A DNA stretch of 64,000 bases, from positions 160,001 to 224,000 of IMG/VR virus record IMGVR_UViG_3300031993_000006; one strand, 5' to 3'. This document shows positions 55,799 to 64,000 of the stretch, piece after piece (position 1 is the first letter of the stretch; each line of letters opens with the position of its first letter). This stretch comes from a virus. Its lineage: Duplodnaviria > Caudoviricetes. A program made the translations under genes and the position numbers. The notes under the pieces were generated by a model. That model saw only the letters and a program-made list of their open reading frames with translations. It did no database searches and had not been told where the DNA came from.

Positions 55799-56509
55799 AT
55801 GGCTGCTACTGTCATTTATTCTGATATGGGCGATGTGGATTGCGCAAGCATCCCGCTTCTTTGGGAAGGTATTCCCGATATCAAGCTTTACCGTCTTACC
55901 CGGGAAAAGTCGTATTTTAAGGAAGAGCTGAAGAAGGCTATCGAGGATGAGGACGATACGCTCATCATTTGCGGTCATGGTACTCCGGATGGGCTGCTTG
56001 GGTATCTGAATACGAAGGATTCTGGCAGTAGCCGCTTTTGGCTCGATGATGATTCCCGCGATGCCGATTATGAGCGACTCCGTAAGGCTGGCGGTGACCG
56101 TGCCGGTGTGCTTGGACCGTCTGCTAGGAGGAATCGCCCTGCCGAGCAACCTACTGTCCGTACGATGTTGGATACGGCAGTAGACCGCGATATGGCTAAG
56201 TTGTTCCACGCAAACCGAGTGATTTGTGTATGGTGCCACGCATCCGATTATGCGGAAGCGACGGGTCTTTACGGGTTCTGGTCGTCTATGTTCATCTCGA
56301 ATGTCGGCGAAGCGCACTGGTGCAACATCAATGATGTGGACCAGGAAACCATCGTATCCGAGACCTACAAGTTCTGGCGGGATGCCAACAAGTTGCTCCG
56401 TGAGAATGTCCCTCTCGACCAGTGGATTGAGAAGCTTGTTGAAGTCGGGAATATGCAGTACGCTACCACCCGGTTCAACTATGGTGGACTCCGGTACTAC
56501 GCTAAATAG
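55799..56509 (+). CDS. Hypothetical phage protein
   Basis: GGAGG RBS; ICGHGTPDGL, VWCHASDY. Confidence 0.75.
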   Translation: MAATVIYSDMGDVDCASIPLLWEGIPDIKLYRLTREKSYFKEELKKAIEDEDDTLIICGHGTPDGLLGYLNTKDSGSSRFWLDDDSRDADYERLRKAGGDRAGVLGPSARRNRPAEQPTVRTMLDTAVDRDMAKLFHANRVICVWCHASDYAEATGLYGFWSSMFISNVGEAHWCNINDVDQETIVSETYKFWRDANKLLRENVPLDQWIEKLVEVGNMQYATTRFNYGGLRYYAK

Positions 56510-56606
56510 AGTTTTGTAAAATTAAACTTACAATTAATCCTACTTGATGCTCATCGGTGGGATTTTTGCTATATTTGTAATATCGATACAACACAAGGAG
56601 TTCATT

Positions 56607-57242
56607 ATGTACAAAAATACCTTTCACATCATTGGCCGCAAGTGGGTTACCCGTGAACAGATTGAATTGGTTCTCAAGGAGTTTCCGGCAGATTCATATA
56701 GCGTCTATGTAGTGTTTGCGGACAAGTCTGCCAAGGCGTTGTCCCACTGTACCGGTAGCGAAACGAATATCGACAGTATCTATATCGGCTATAGGGATGG
56801 CTCGCTTTCAATTGACCGGGAACCGTACAGATTTATTGTCACTCGTCCGTTCGACGCCGGTTTCTTCCTTACTCTTGGAATCAAGGACTACTTCATCAAG
56901 CGCAGCAAGGATAAGGAACTGTACCCGCAGACACGCAACGAGGACCCTGACTTTGAAGAAAGGATTCGCTGTGAGGTGATGACCAAGTTCCTTGGATATG
57001 TTCACATGAACGGGGTTGACCCGCAGGGCGTAAAGTCCAAGGTCGTCCGTATTCCGGTGAACTGCTTCGACCCGGAAGGCAGAAGCAACCTGCTCAGGTT
57101 CCTGGCCAACCTTGACAATGACGGAATCCAGACCTTTATTGATGTCCATTTCGACCACGCTACGGTTGACCAGCTCCAGCGTCTCGATACGATGATGGAG
57201 TTCGGTGACATTGCCGATGTTCTCAAGATGGCCGGCGAATAG
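56607..57242 (+). CDS. Hypothetical protein
   Basis: Promoter at 56567; AAGGAG RBS. Confidence 0.75.
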   Translation: MYKNTFHIIGRKWVTREQIELVLKEFPADSYSVYVVFADKSAKALSHCTGSETNIDSIYIGYRDGSLSIDREPYRFIVTRPFDAGFFLTLGIKDYFIKRSKDKELYPQTRNEDPDFEERIRCEVMTKFLGYVHMNGVDPQGVKSKVVRIPVNCFDPEGRSNLLRFLANLDNDGIQTFIDVHFDHATVDQLQRLDTMMEFGDIADVLKMAGE

Positions 57243-57366
57243 AAAAATTAAAATATTTTTTGAGTACCACGGTCTCATCCGGATAACCCCGGATGAGATT
57301 TTTTGTACCCGGGGATATAAACTACCTGCAATCATGATTAGTAACTCACCAACAGGAGTTTTCCAT

Positions 57367-58407
57367 ATGGATAAGAATTTTGAAACATATCTCGCTATGC
57401 TCGAAAGCGCCGCCCCGGCATCCAAGAAGGCTGATTTCCATGCAGCCCGGGAGCTTTATGCCAAGCGCGCTCGTCTTGAAAGCGACAGCATTGGCCTCAG
57501 CAATGCCGCATCTTGGGGTAAGTCTGATACGGCTACCTTCGGCGGTTCGCATCTAGGTGTCCCGGGAGCAAAGCGTGACCCTGAACAGGTGAAGGCCGAC
57601 AATGCTCGTGCTGAAAAGCTTCTTGGCGCCGACCGCGGCTTTGATTCTGCCGCCGATACGGTCATCAGCGTGGCTCAGCAGGACCCGGGTAAGGTAGACG
57701 CATGGGTTGATTACCGTTTGAAGCCGGCTATCCAGCGCGCCCGTGAAACTGGCAACATCGCTACTACGCCGGAAGAGTTCACGCAGGCTTCCAAGGAAAC
57801 CTATAACGAATGGGCTGAAAAATATAAGACTGAAGACCGCGAAAAGAGAGAAACCGAAGAGCGTCTCCGTAAGGAAACTATCGCCAAGGCTGACGATATT
57901 GCAAGGCAGAAGGCTAACGGTGAACGCATTGCCGCTGATGTCAAGGCTGGTAAGAAGCTTAACAAGGCCGACCAGGCCATTTGGGATACGCAGCGCGCCG
58001 AAGAGAAGAAAGCTGGTGAGGAAAAGAATAGGCTCGGCGGCATCGCTGACCGTCTCAACTTCCCGGGCGTCGAGGATGGTAGCCCGATGTCCGAAAAGGA
58101 ATTTGCTGGTGTTCAGGCCGAAAAGGCCCGTCTTGGCGGTATTGCCGACAATACCAAGGATGAAGGCTACGAGGCCGGCAATCCGATTTCCGAGGATGAA
58201 TTTGCCGCTAATAAGGCTGCTGAAAAGGCCGAGCAGGACAAGTATGCTAACCTCGCCGATACATTCGATTTCGATATGTTTGAAAGCGTTGCTACCCACA
58301 AGCTCCGTGCCGCTTTCGAAAGCGTCTATGGCTCTTCTCGTGGCATGAGCGATGCCGAGATTCGCACCATCTGCGAATCCTGCTACCGCCGCTCCAAACA
58401 GCGCTAA
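57367..58407 (+). CDS. Late helical protein with internal repeats, possible internal head protein
   Basis: ATAAACTA at 57317; AGGAG RBS; RLGGIAD repeat; five xxES motifs. Confidence 0.65.
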   Translation: MDKNFETYLAMLESAAPASKKADFHAARELYAKRARLESDSIGLSNAASWGKSDTATFGGSHLGVPGAKRDPEQVKADNARAEKLLGADRGFDSAADTVISVAQQDPGKVDAWVDYRLKPAIQRARETGNIATTPEEFTQASKETYNEWAEKYKTEDREKRETEERLRKETIAKADDIARQKANGERIAADVKAGKKLNKADQAIWDTQRAEEKKAGEEKNRLGGIADRLNFPGVEDGSPMSEKEFAGVQAEKARLGGIADNTKDEGYEAGNPISEDEFAANKAAEKAEQDKYANLADTFDFDMFESVATHKLRAAFESVYGSSRGMSDAEIRTICESCYRRSKQR

Positions 58408-58431
58408 TCGGGAAAACAAAAAAAAATAAAT

Positions 58432-58458
58432 AAAGCCCCGGGGATTCCCGGGGCTTTT
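58432..58458. terminator. Bidirectional terminator between convergent blocks
   Basis: AAAGCCCCGGG-GATT-CCCGGGGCTTTT with an A-run upstream. Confidence 0.88.
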
Positions 58459-58474
58459 CAATTATAAAAAATAT

Positions 58475-58930
58475 TTAAATGTTGCCGTTGACTGTAAGCG
58501 TGGATGCAGCGTCGTAAGAAATCTTGGATTCCGGTTCGCACTGAGCTTCCGTAACCTGCTGTTCGTTGATATCCTTGACCTGCTGTTCTACATGGAGTAC
58601 GCCGTCCAGAGTTCCTTCGGGGTACTGCGTGAGCGTGTTGAACCATCTTTCAAGGGAATTTCCGCGTTCCCCTTCGGTAGCCCTTACGCTGGCGACAAGT
58701 TCATCGAATGCCTTTGCTGTTGCCGAGTCAATATGGATGGGTTTTCCGTGCATGTCGATGTGGCTGTATGCATAACGGTCCATCAGGCCATAGAAGTCGT
58801 TTTCTATAGCTTCCAACTGGTTAGTTACTTCCGGCGCAAGCTTACCATCGGACTTGCCGTTTTCGTCGATATGGGCTGCAAGCGCGTTGATGAACTTTGA
58901 TATCTTGTGGAGTGATTTGGTCTTGAACAT
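58475..58930 (-). CDS. Hypothetical protein
   Basis: AAGGA RBS; start MFKTK. Confidence 0.7.
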   Translation of the reverse strand: MFKTKSLHKISKFINALAAHIDENGKSDGKLAPEVTNQLEAIENDFYGLMDRYAYSHIDMHGKPIHIDSATAKAFDELVASVRATEGERGNSLERWFNTLTQYPEGTLDGVLHVEQQVKDINEQQVTEAQCEPESKISYDAASTLTVNGNI

Positions 58931-58953
58931 TGGCTTATCCTTGAAATTGAAAA

Positions 58954-59727
58954 TTAAAGTACGCTTTGGTCGATGCACCAGTCCCTGTCGAGGTTGAGCT
59001 GGGTCTTCATCTTGGCGAGCGCATTGCGGTGGATGCGGGCGAGGATATCCTTGCTACGCCCGGTATGTCTTGCAAAGGAGCTGACAGACCAGCAATGGTT
59101 GGTTGGAAGTCCTTTGTCGTCCGGCTCGAGTTCAAAGAAGCACTTGTCGACGATTTCCTTTTCGTCGCTCGTAAGGGCGCTAAGGAGTCGGGTAGTGATA
59201 TCCACATACTGGGACTGTGTAGCATCTTCGATGATTGTGCTTGCGGTGTCTCCCTGAAGCACATCGAACATGGAGGTCTTGCCATCGCCGCCTTTGAGCG
59301 GGGCATGGCCGGATTCGACCTTACCAAATTCATCGCGACGGTTTTCCTTGACATAGTTTTCCGGGACATGCACGAGGGTATCCTCGTACTTCTCCTTGTT
59401 CATTTCGGACCTAGCCCTACCCTGGAGGAATGTCCAAAAGCGGTTGTTCGTGCTAAGGTCAAAGTCGTTAATTACGTTGTCCATAACGGTAAGGGCGCGG
59501 GCGACAAGTTCAGCCGCGTTGCCCTTGAATACCTGATAGCTGTTTCCGCTTGCAAACTTGATGAGTGCCGGGAGCTGCTTTTCGAAAAGCGTGTTGCGAG
59601 CGCTGATGTCCCCGTTCTTTGCACGACGGATAAATTCTCTTTCAATCTCGGCGTTGGGGATTAGTTTGGATGCCCTGTCGTAGGCTATCCGTACTTCGTC
59701 CTTAAAGGTGTCGGTTGCCTTTTCCAT
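58954..59727 (-). CDS. Sigma-70-family RNA polymerase sigma factor
   Basis: AKNGDISARNTL, FDLSTNNRFWTF, LSALTSDEKEIV, RIHRNALAKMK (regions 2 and 4). Confidence 0.82.
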   Translation of the reverse strand: MEKATDTFKDEVRIAYDRASKLIPNAEIEREFIRRAKNGDISARNTLFEKQLPALIKFASGNSYQVFKGNAAELVARALTVMDNVINDFDLSTNNRFWTFLQGRARSEMNKEKYEDTLVHVPENYVKENRRDEFGKVESGHAPLKGGDGKTSMFDVLQGDTASTIIEDATQSQYVDITTRLLSALTSDEKEIVDKCFFELEPDDKGLPTNHCWSVSSFARHTGRSKDILARIHRNALAKMKTQLNLDRDWCIDQSVL

Positions 59728-59873
59728 GATAGTTCCTGTCTCCTTCGGTGGCGGTCTTTATCCGCCGGTTGTATCGTTTGTTTGTACAAACAAATAATGC
59801 CTGTACAGTTTTAAATATAGATAAAATGTAATCCTTTTGGTAATGTTTTTGTAATTTAGATGTAAAAAGATAT

Positions 59874-60482
59874 TTACTGTTTCTTGCGTTCGTCAAAGAC
59901 GCTCGGGTACTCCTTTCGCATTGACTTTACCCCTTCCGAGGATATCACGATGCTGTCGAGGAGGTGAATACCCAACGATGAGGCATTTTTGTAAAGCTTG
60001 CGCGCACTGTCGATATCCTGCTTGCTGAAGTCGAGGGTTCCGGATGGGTGGTTGTGTGCGATGATGATGCTCGTGGCACCGTCGGCAAGGGTCTTGGCAA
60101 GGAGGTCGCGCTTTGACACGCTGACGCACTCCGCGGTGCCGATACCGCACTCATGGCGGTTGATTAGGGTGCGGTCCTTGGTGAGTGTGAGAAGTACATA
60201 GTGTTCCACACGGCAGTCCTTGAGGTCGCACAGGTATGCGCCGACAAGGGACGGGTCGTTAATAATGATTGGGTTGCGGTTCAGGAGATACTGGAAGGAG
60301 AGTTGCGCACATGCGTAAATCTTCTCCGCCACGGAATGGGGTATTGCGAGCGCCTTTTCGATAGCGTCAACGGCGGGTACGCGCTGTTGCTTGGCGAGGT
60401 ATGCGATGGCGCATTCTGCCGTGACACGGCGTCCCAATACCTTAGAGAGTAGGTCGATTGCGGTTTGGTTGTTCTTGTTCAT
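59874..60482 (-). CDS. radC: RadC-like JAB/MPN domain protein
   Basis: VEH, GT, IIIAHNHPSG, SKQD, LLDSIVI. Confidence 0.88.
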   Translation of the reverse strand: MNKNNQTAIDLLSKVLGRRVTAECAIAYLAKQQRVPAVDAIEKALAIPHSVAEKIYACAQLSFQYLLNRNPIIINDPSLVGAYLCDLKDCRVEHYVLLTLTKDRTLINRHECGIGTAECVSVSKRDLLAKTLADGATSIIIAHNHPSGTLDFSKQDIDSARKLYKNASSLGIHLLDSIVISSEGVKSMRKEYPSVFDERKKQ

Positions 60483-60492
60483 AAGGGTTCTC

Positions 60493-61764
60493 CTAGTATT
60501 TCCAGTTCTTTTGTGCGAACTCGCGCATTGCGATAAGGTCAGCCTGTGTCAGCATGCACCCGTGTAGCCTCTTCGGAATGTCCGTATCGGGCCCGACATA
60601 GAGCATATCACCGTGGCCACAGAGCGATTCCGCGCCCGGGCAGTCGATGATGACCTGTGAATCCACCCGGGAGGCTACTTTGAGGGCTATTCGGGTGGAC
60701 AGGTTGGCCTTTAGTGCACCTCTGATAACATCCGTCGATGGTCGCTGTGTTGCGAGAATGAGGTGTATTCCCGTGCTACGGGCCTTTGCGGCCAGCAAGG
60801 AAATCGGGTCTTCGAGCTTGGGGTAGTTCATGAGCAGGTCATAGAACTCGTCGATGACCAATACTTTCAGCGCCCCGCGGTCATTGGGACCGCAGTCCTT
60901 GTGGATGTTGCATTCGCCGTCGAGGTGCGCGATGGTGCGGTGGTGGTGGAAGTTGTCGAAGTGGTTTGCCTTGAAGAACGCGAGCCTGTTGTTCATGAGG
61001 TTCACGAAGTAGTCAAGTGTATCGCCAGCTTCCTCCGATGAGCGGATTGTTCCGTCGCATTTCCCGTCTGCTCGTTCGATGCCGATGTGCGGAGTTCCCT
61101 CGAAGTAGTTGAATTCCGTACCCTTCGGGTCGATGATGCACACATCGCAGTTGCCGTAGAAAGCGTTCCCGATAAGCCCCGCGATTAGGGAGTTGAGGAA
61201 TACGGACTTTCCGCTACCGCTCTGGCCCGCCACGAGGATGTGCGGTGCTTTGGCAATGTCGATGCAGAACGGGCGCCCTGCTGTGTCTACGCCGAGGTTC
61301 ACGAGTTCCGTGGCTATCGACGAAATGTCGGGTGTGTTTCCGCTAAGGTAATCATCGAGTCCGAGGTTGTATGCCCTTGCGGTCTTTTTGTAGACCGAAT
61401 CGAAATCGATTGGGATGACTGTCTCGGGAGGGACGATTACGCGGTTCTTGTTCGGGATTTCGATGGAGAGTGCTACCTTTCCCTGCCATTCGGTTTCACC
61501 GATAAGCACCCTGGAAGCCCCGATTCCGAGACGGATGCCGAGGTCACGCTTGAGCTTCTCAACTGCGGCAATGCGCTGTGTATCGTCAAGAAGCTCAAAG
61601 ACATACTTGGAGACCACCGGGCCGCATTCCATGCCGATGACTTTCATTTTCACATTATTGACCGTGAAAAAGTTCTCGATGCGCTTCGCGGTTTCCTGCG
61701 AATCGGTCGGGGTAGCAAAAGACATCGGCTTAAAAGTGAAAAAATTTCTGTTGTACATGCTCAT
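60493..61764 (-). CDS. FtsK/SpoIIIE-family ATPase (motor domains only)
   Basis: GPVVSKY, IEIPN, PHILVAGQSGSGKS, IDPK, VIDEF, KARSTGIHLILATQRPS, GAESLCGHGDML. Confidence 0.92.
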   Translation of the reverse strand: MSMYNRNFFTFKPMSFATPTDSQETAKRIENFFTVNNVKMKVIGMECGPVVSKYVFELLDDTQRIAAVEKLKRDLGIRLGIGASRVLIGETEWQGKVALSIEIPNKNRVIVPPETVIPIDFDSVYKKTARAYNLGLDDYLSGNTPDISSIATELVNLGVDTAGRPFCIDIAKAPHILVAGQSGSGKSVFLNSLIAGLIGNAFYGNCDVCIIDPKGTEFNYFEGTPHIGIERADGKCDGTIRSSEEAGDTLDYFVNLMNNRLAFFKANHFDNFHHHRTIAHLDGECNIHKDCGPNDRGALKVLVIDEFYDLLMNYPKLEDPISLLAAKARSTGIHLILATQRPSTDVIRGALKANLSTRIALKVASRVDSQVIIDCPGAESLCGHGDMLYVGPDTDIPKRLHGCMLTQADLIAMREFAQKNWKY

Positions 61765-61786
61765 CGTATTACCTGAAAGTTAAAAA

Positions 61787-62431
61787 TTAAAGTCCGTCCC
61801 ACTGGTCCGATTCGGTGTCGAAGTCGTTTCGGATATCCCCGGGTTGTGCGCTGAATCCGAACCAGTAGTCAATCTGTCTCCTGTACCGGGGTCCACCGCA
61901 TTTGTCCACGAGGGTCGGCTCTGTGACGAACAGGAGGTCTATCAGGGAGCCGTTTCGGAAGTAGGGGGTGGCATCCTCGTAAGGTCGGAAGTCCTTGGCA
62001 GCGACAACCTGCATCCTCCCGTTCTCTACCACGGTGGCGATGATGTCGGGACAGTATGGCACGAGGTCCGTAGTCAGCTGCGAGCCTCCCCCGGGAACCG
62101 CTATGTCGTACCCGCATATCATCCCCTCGCACTTGCCGCCGTATCGCTGTATGTCGATTGAGTGGATGTGCCTGACCGTGATGGCGGGACAGTAGTATGC
62201 GTTGGCCCGACGGTCGTACTTCGCGGGAAATACGAGGTCCCCAAGGTACGAGCATGTGGGGCTACCCGAGGCGTCCCTGTAGAGCCTCGCGTTGGTCGCG
62301 TTGAGGTACCACGCGGTACCTTTGCGGGGGACGATGCCGAATGTGAACTTGGGTGGCAGCCCCTTTACATTTCCTGCGCTCGCTATGGCCATTCCGGTCC
62401 ATAGGGCTATTAGTGTATTCCTGATGCTCAT
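61787..62431 (-). CDS. Putative exported protein
   Basis: Signal-peptide-like N-terminus ending IASA; Cys pairs. Confidence 0.6.
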   Translation of the reverse strand: MSIRNTLIALWTGMAIASAGNVKGLPPKFTFGIVPRKGTAWYLNATNARLYRDASGSPTCSYLGDLVFPAKYDRRANAYYCPAITVRHIHSIDIQRYGGKCEGMICGYDIAVPGGGSQLTTDLVPYCPDIIATVVENGRMQVVAAKDFRPYEDATPYFRNGSLIDLLFVTEPTLVDKCGGPRYRRQIDYWFGFSAQPGDIRNDFDTESDQWDGL

Positions 62432-62829
62432 TAAGCCCTCCTAGCCCCGAAAGCGGCCAAAAGAAGGGTATGCGCGTCTTGCCCGAACGGGCCTGAATAC
62501 TTCTTGAGTCCATGTCTGAAGAAATGGATGGCGCCTTCGATTCCTCCCTTGATGGTCTTGGAGAATAGCGCCCTCGTGTGTATCGGGGTGCCTTCTTTCG
62601 AGCGTCCGTCGATTGAAATGAGGGGGTCTTGGTAGATTCCGTCCGTGCGCAATACATTGAAGCTACCGCGGATGGTTACCGTGGAGTCTGCGGGGATTCC
62701 GTGTTCGGCTAGGAATGTCGTGCGTTCTTCGTCGCTATCGAAGGATAGTCTGCTGACTAGCATAAGGGCGTCCTGTGTATTTGCGCTCGGGCATCGTGGG
62801 ATGCAGCTTTCAATTTTGTCAAACTTCAT
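62431..62829 (-). CDS. Hypothetical protein
   Basis: GAGGTG RBS; TAATG coupling. Confidence 0.6.
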   Translation of the reverse strand: MKFDKIESCIPRCPSANTQDALMLVSRLSFDSDEERTTFLAEHGIPADSTVTIRGSFNVLRTDGIYQDPLISIDGRSKEGTPIHTRALFSKTIKGGIEGAIHFFRHGLKKYSGPFGQDAHTLLLAAFGARRA

Positions 62830-62980
62830 ATACACCTCATTTCGTTGATGGATTCAATATGTCCCTAGAGTGTCCCCCCGTGGCTCCCCATGGGAAAACC
62901 CGATGAGTTACCTGGGCTGCTGACGGGCGGAAACAGAAACGGAGGCCGGGTGGCCTCCGTCTAGATTCGGTATAGCTTTG

Positions 62981-63490
62981 TTATTCGATACCGATTTCGG
63001 GGCCGATAACAAAGTGTCCGTTAGGGAGTTCCTTGGCGTACATGTAGTGCCGGTACACATATTCGAGCGTTGGCGGCTCATATTCGCCGGTTTCGCTATT
63101 GAAGAGGTCGTCATCATGTTCTACGGCGGCGAGGAGTTCCGCTTCGGTATCGTATTCGTAGAACGAACTGTCAAGCGAGACGGCCATTGCATAAGCATCG
63201 CGCATATCTTCATCGTCAGGACGGGTGCTGATGATGTAGTCTGCCGCTTCCGGGGTGAAGCCGTGGGTATCGATAAGGAGTTGCGTGACGATAATGTGGG
63301 AGAGTACCCTAGCGGCGAACCTGCGGGCTTCCGGGGAGACCTTCATGTAGTCCGGGATGTAGCGGATGGGCATATCCTTGAACTGTATTGCCGGTTCTTC
63401 GCGGTCTTCGTGCTTTTCTGGGATAGGGATTCGGCGGATTGTAGCTACTCTCGATTCGGGTACATATACCTTGAGTTCTTGTTCAGCCAT
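62981..63490 (-). CDS. Acidic hypothetical protein
   Basis: GGAGG RBS; start MAEQELK. Confidence 0.7.
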   Translation of the reverse strand: MAEQELKVYVPESRVATIRRIPIPEKHEDREEPAIQFKDMPIRYIPDYMKVSPEARRFAARVLSHIIVTQLLIDTHGFTPEAADYIISTRPDDEDMRDAYAMAVSLDSSFYEYDTEAELLAAVEHDDDLFNSETGEYEPPTLEYVYRHYMYAKELPNGHFVIGPEIGIE

Positions 63491-63491
63491 C

Positions 63492-63980
63492 TTATGCCTC
63501 CAGTTCGGCGCCAAGTTCCTTGGCGACCTGTTCGAGTGTTTTGTTTTCGCGTTTGGCCTCGCGGGTAGCCATCGCGGTGAATTTTTTGTTGAGGATGCTG
63601 ACCACTTTGTTGCAGTCTGCTTCGGACACAAAGTACGAGTCCACGAACTTCCTCGCGGGGAACCCGTCGTCCATGCTACCGTCGTCCTCTTGGTACACCC
63701 ACGGGAGAAATCCGGCGGGCGGAACGCTGTCCTTGATAAGCTTGGTGACTTCGGGTTGCCTGATGCTGGAGCAGTTAAGTTTGTCTGCAATCCATTCATT
63801 AGACAAATATTCCCCGTCAGGATTTGTAATCGCGAAAATCTTGTTGGAGAGTACGGAATTGTCTATTGTGTAGGGCTTGATACTTTTACCGTAACCCATA
63901 ACTTCAAGTTTCGTCTTTCCCTTGAAAGGGGTTTGTCCGCGGGCAATGCTTTTGGCGTGGAAGAAAATTAATTTTGCCAT
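63492..63980 (-). CDS. Hypothetical protein
   Basis: GAGG RBS; 162 aa. Confidence 0.7.
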   Translation of the reverse strand: MAKLIFFHAKSIARGQTPFKGKTKLEVMGYGKSIKPYTIDNSVLSNKIFAITNPDGEYLSNEWIADKLNCSSIRQPEVTKLIKDSVPPAGFLPWVYQEDDGSMDDGFPARKFVDSYFVSEADCNKVVSILNKKFTAMATREAKRENKTLEQVAKELGAELEA

Positions 63981-64000
63981 TGGTTACCTCATTCCGAAAA

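Noticed and set aside
1-64000. CRISPR array
   Set aside because: No regularly spaced direct repeats seen; the Cas4-like nuclease has no cas context.
1-64000. Stop-codon reassignment
   Set aside because: Genes are full length in the standard code, all three stops end genes, and no suppressor tRNA was found.

Overview
This 64 kb window looks like part of a large (jumbo-type) tailed phage genome in the standard genetic code. The host is probably in the FCB group, possibly Fibrobacter; this is inferred from a FISUMP-like motif, an MKK-x-Y-x-x-P small peptide and a TAnnTTTG-type promoter. Layout: (1) 1-18.6 kb, large tail-fibre/virion genes with a GT2-TPR glycosyltransferase and an IS200/IS605 tnpB element. 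(2) 18.6-33.8 kb, small genes, a holin/spanin-like pair, a free-standing tnpB, NAD-dependent DNA ligase, tRNA-Gly and a 332-nt closed-stem RNA. (3) 33.8-43 kb, an RNA island with 22 more tRNAs (none encodes CCA), several tRNA mimics, many unclassified structured RNAs and an IS607 element. (4) 43-58.4 kb, nucleotide/tRNA-processing and accessory genes (phosphoesterase, CCA-adding enzyme, VWA and MoxR-type AAA, HAD). (5) 58.5-64 kb, a convergent minus-strand block (sigma factor, RadC/JAB, FtsK). The best candidate for an undescribed system is a leader-peptide attenuator at 33869-34063 in front of the tRNA array. Its last codons can pair with the terminator's 5' arm, and 30 of its 45 codons are read by the 11 tRNAs directly downstream, which suggests the phage senses tRNA depletion and switches on replacements. 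Several probable single-base indels mean single-nucleotide oddities need read-level checking. All calls were made by eye; no searches were run.
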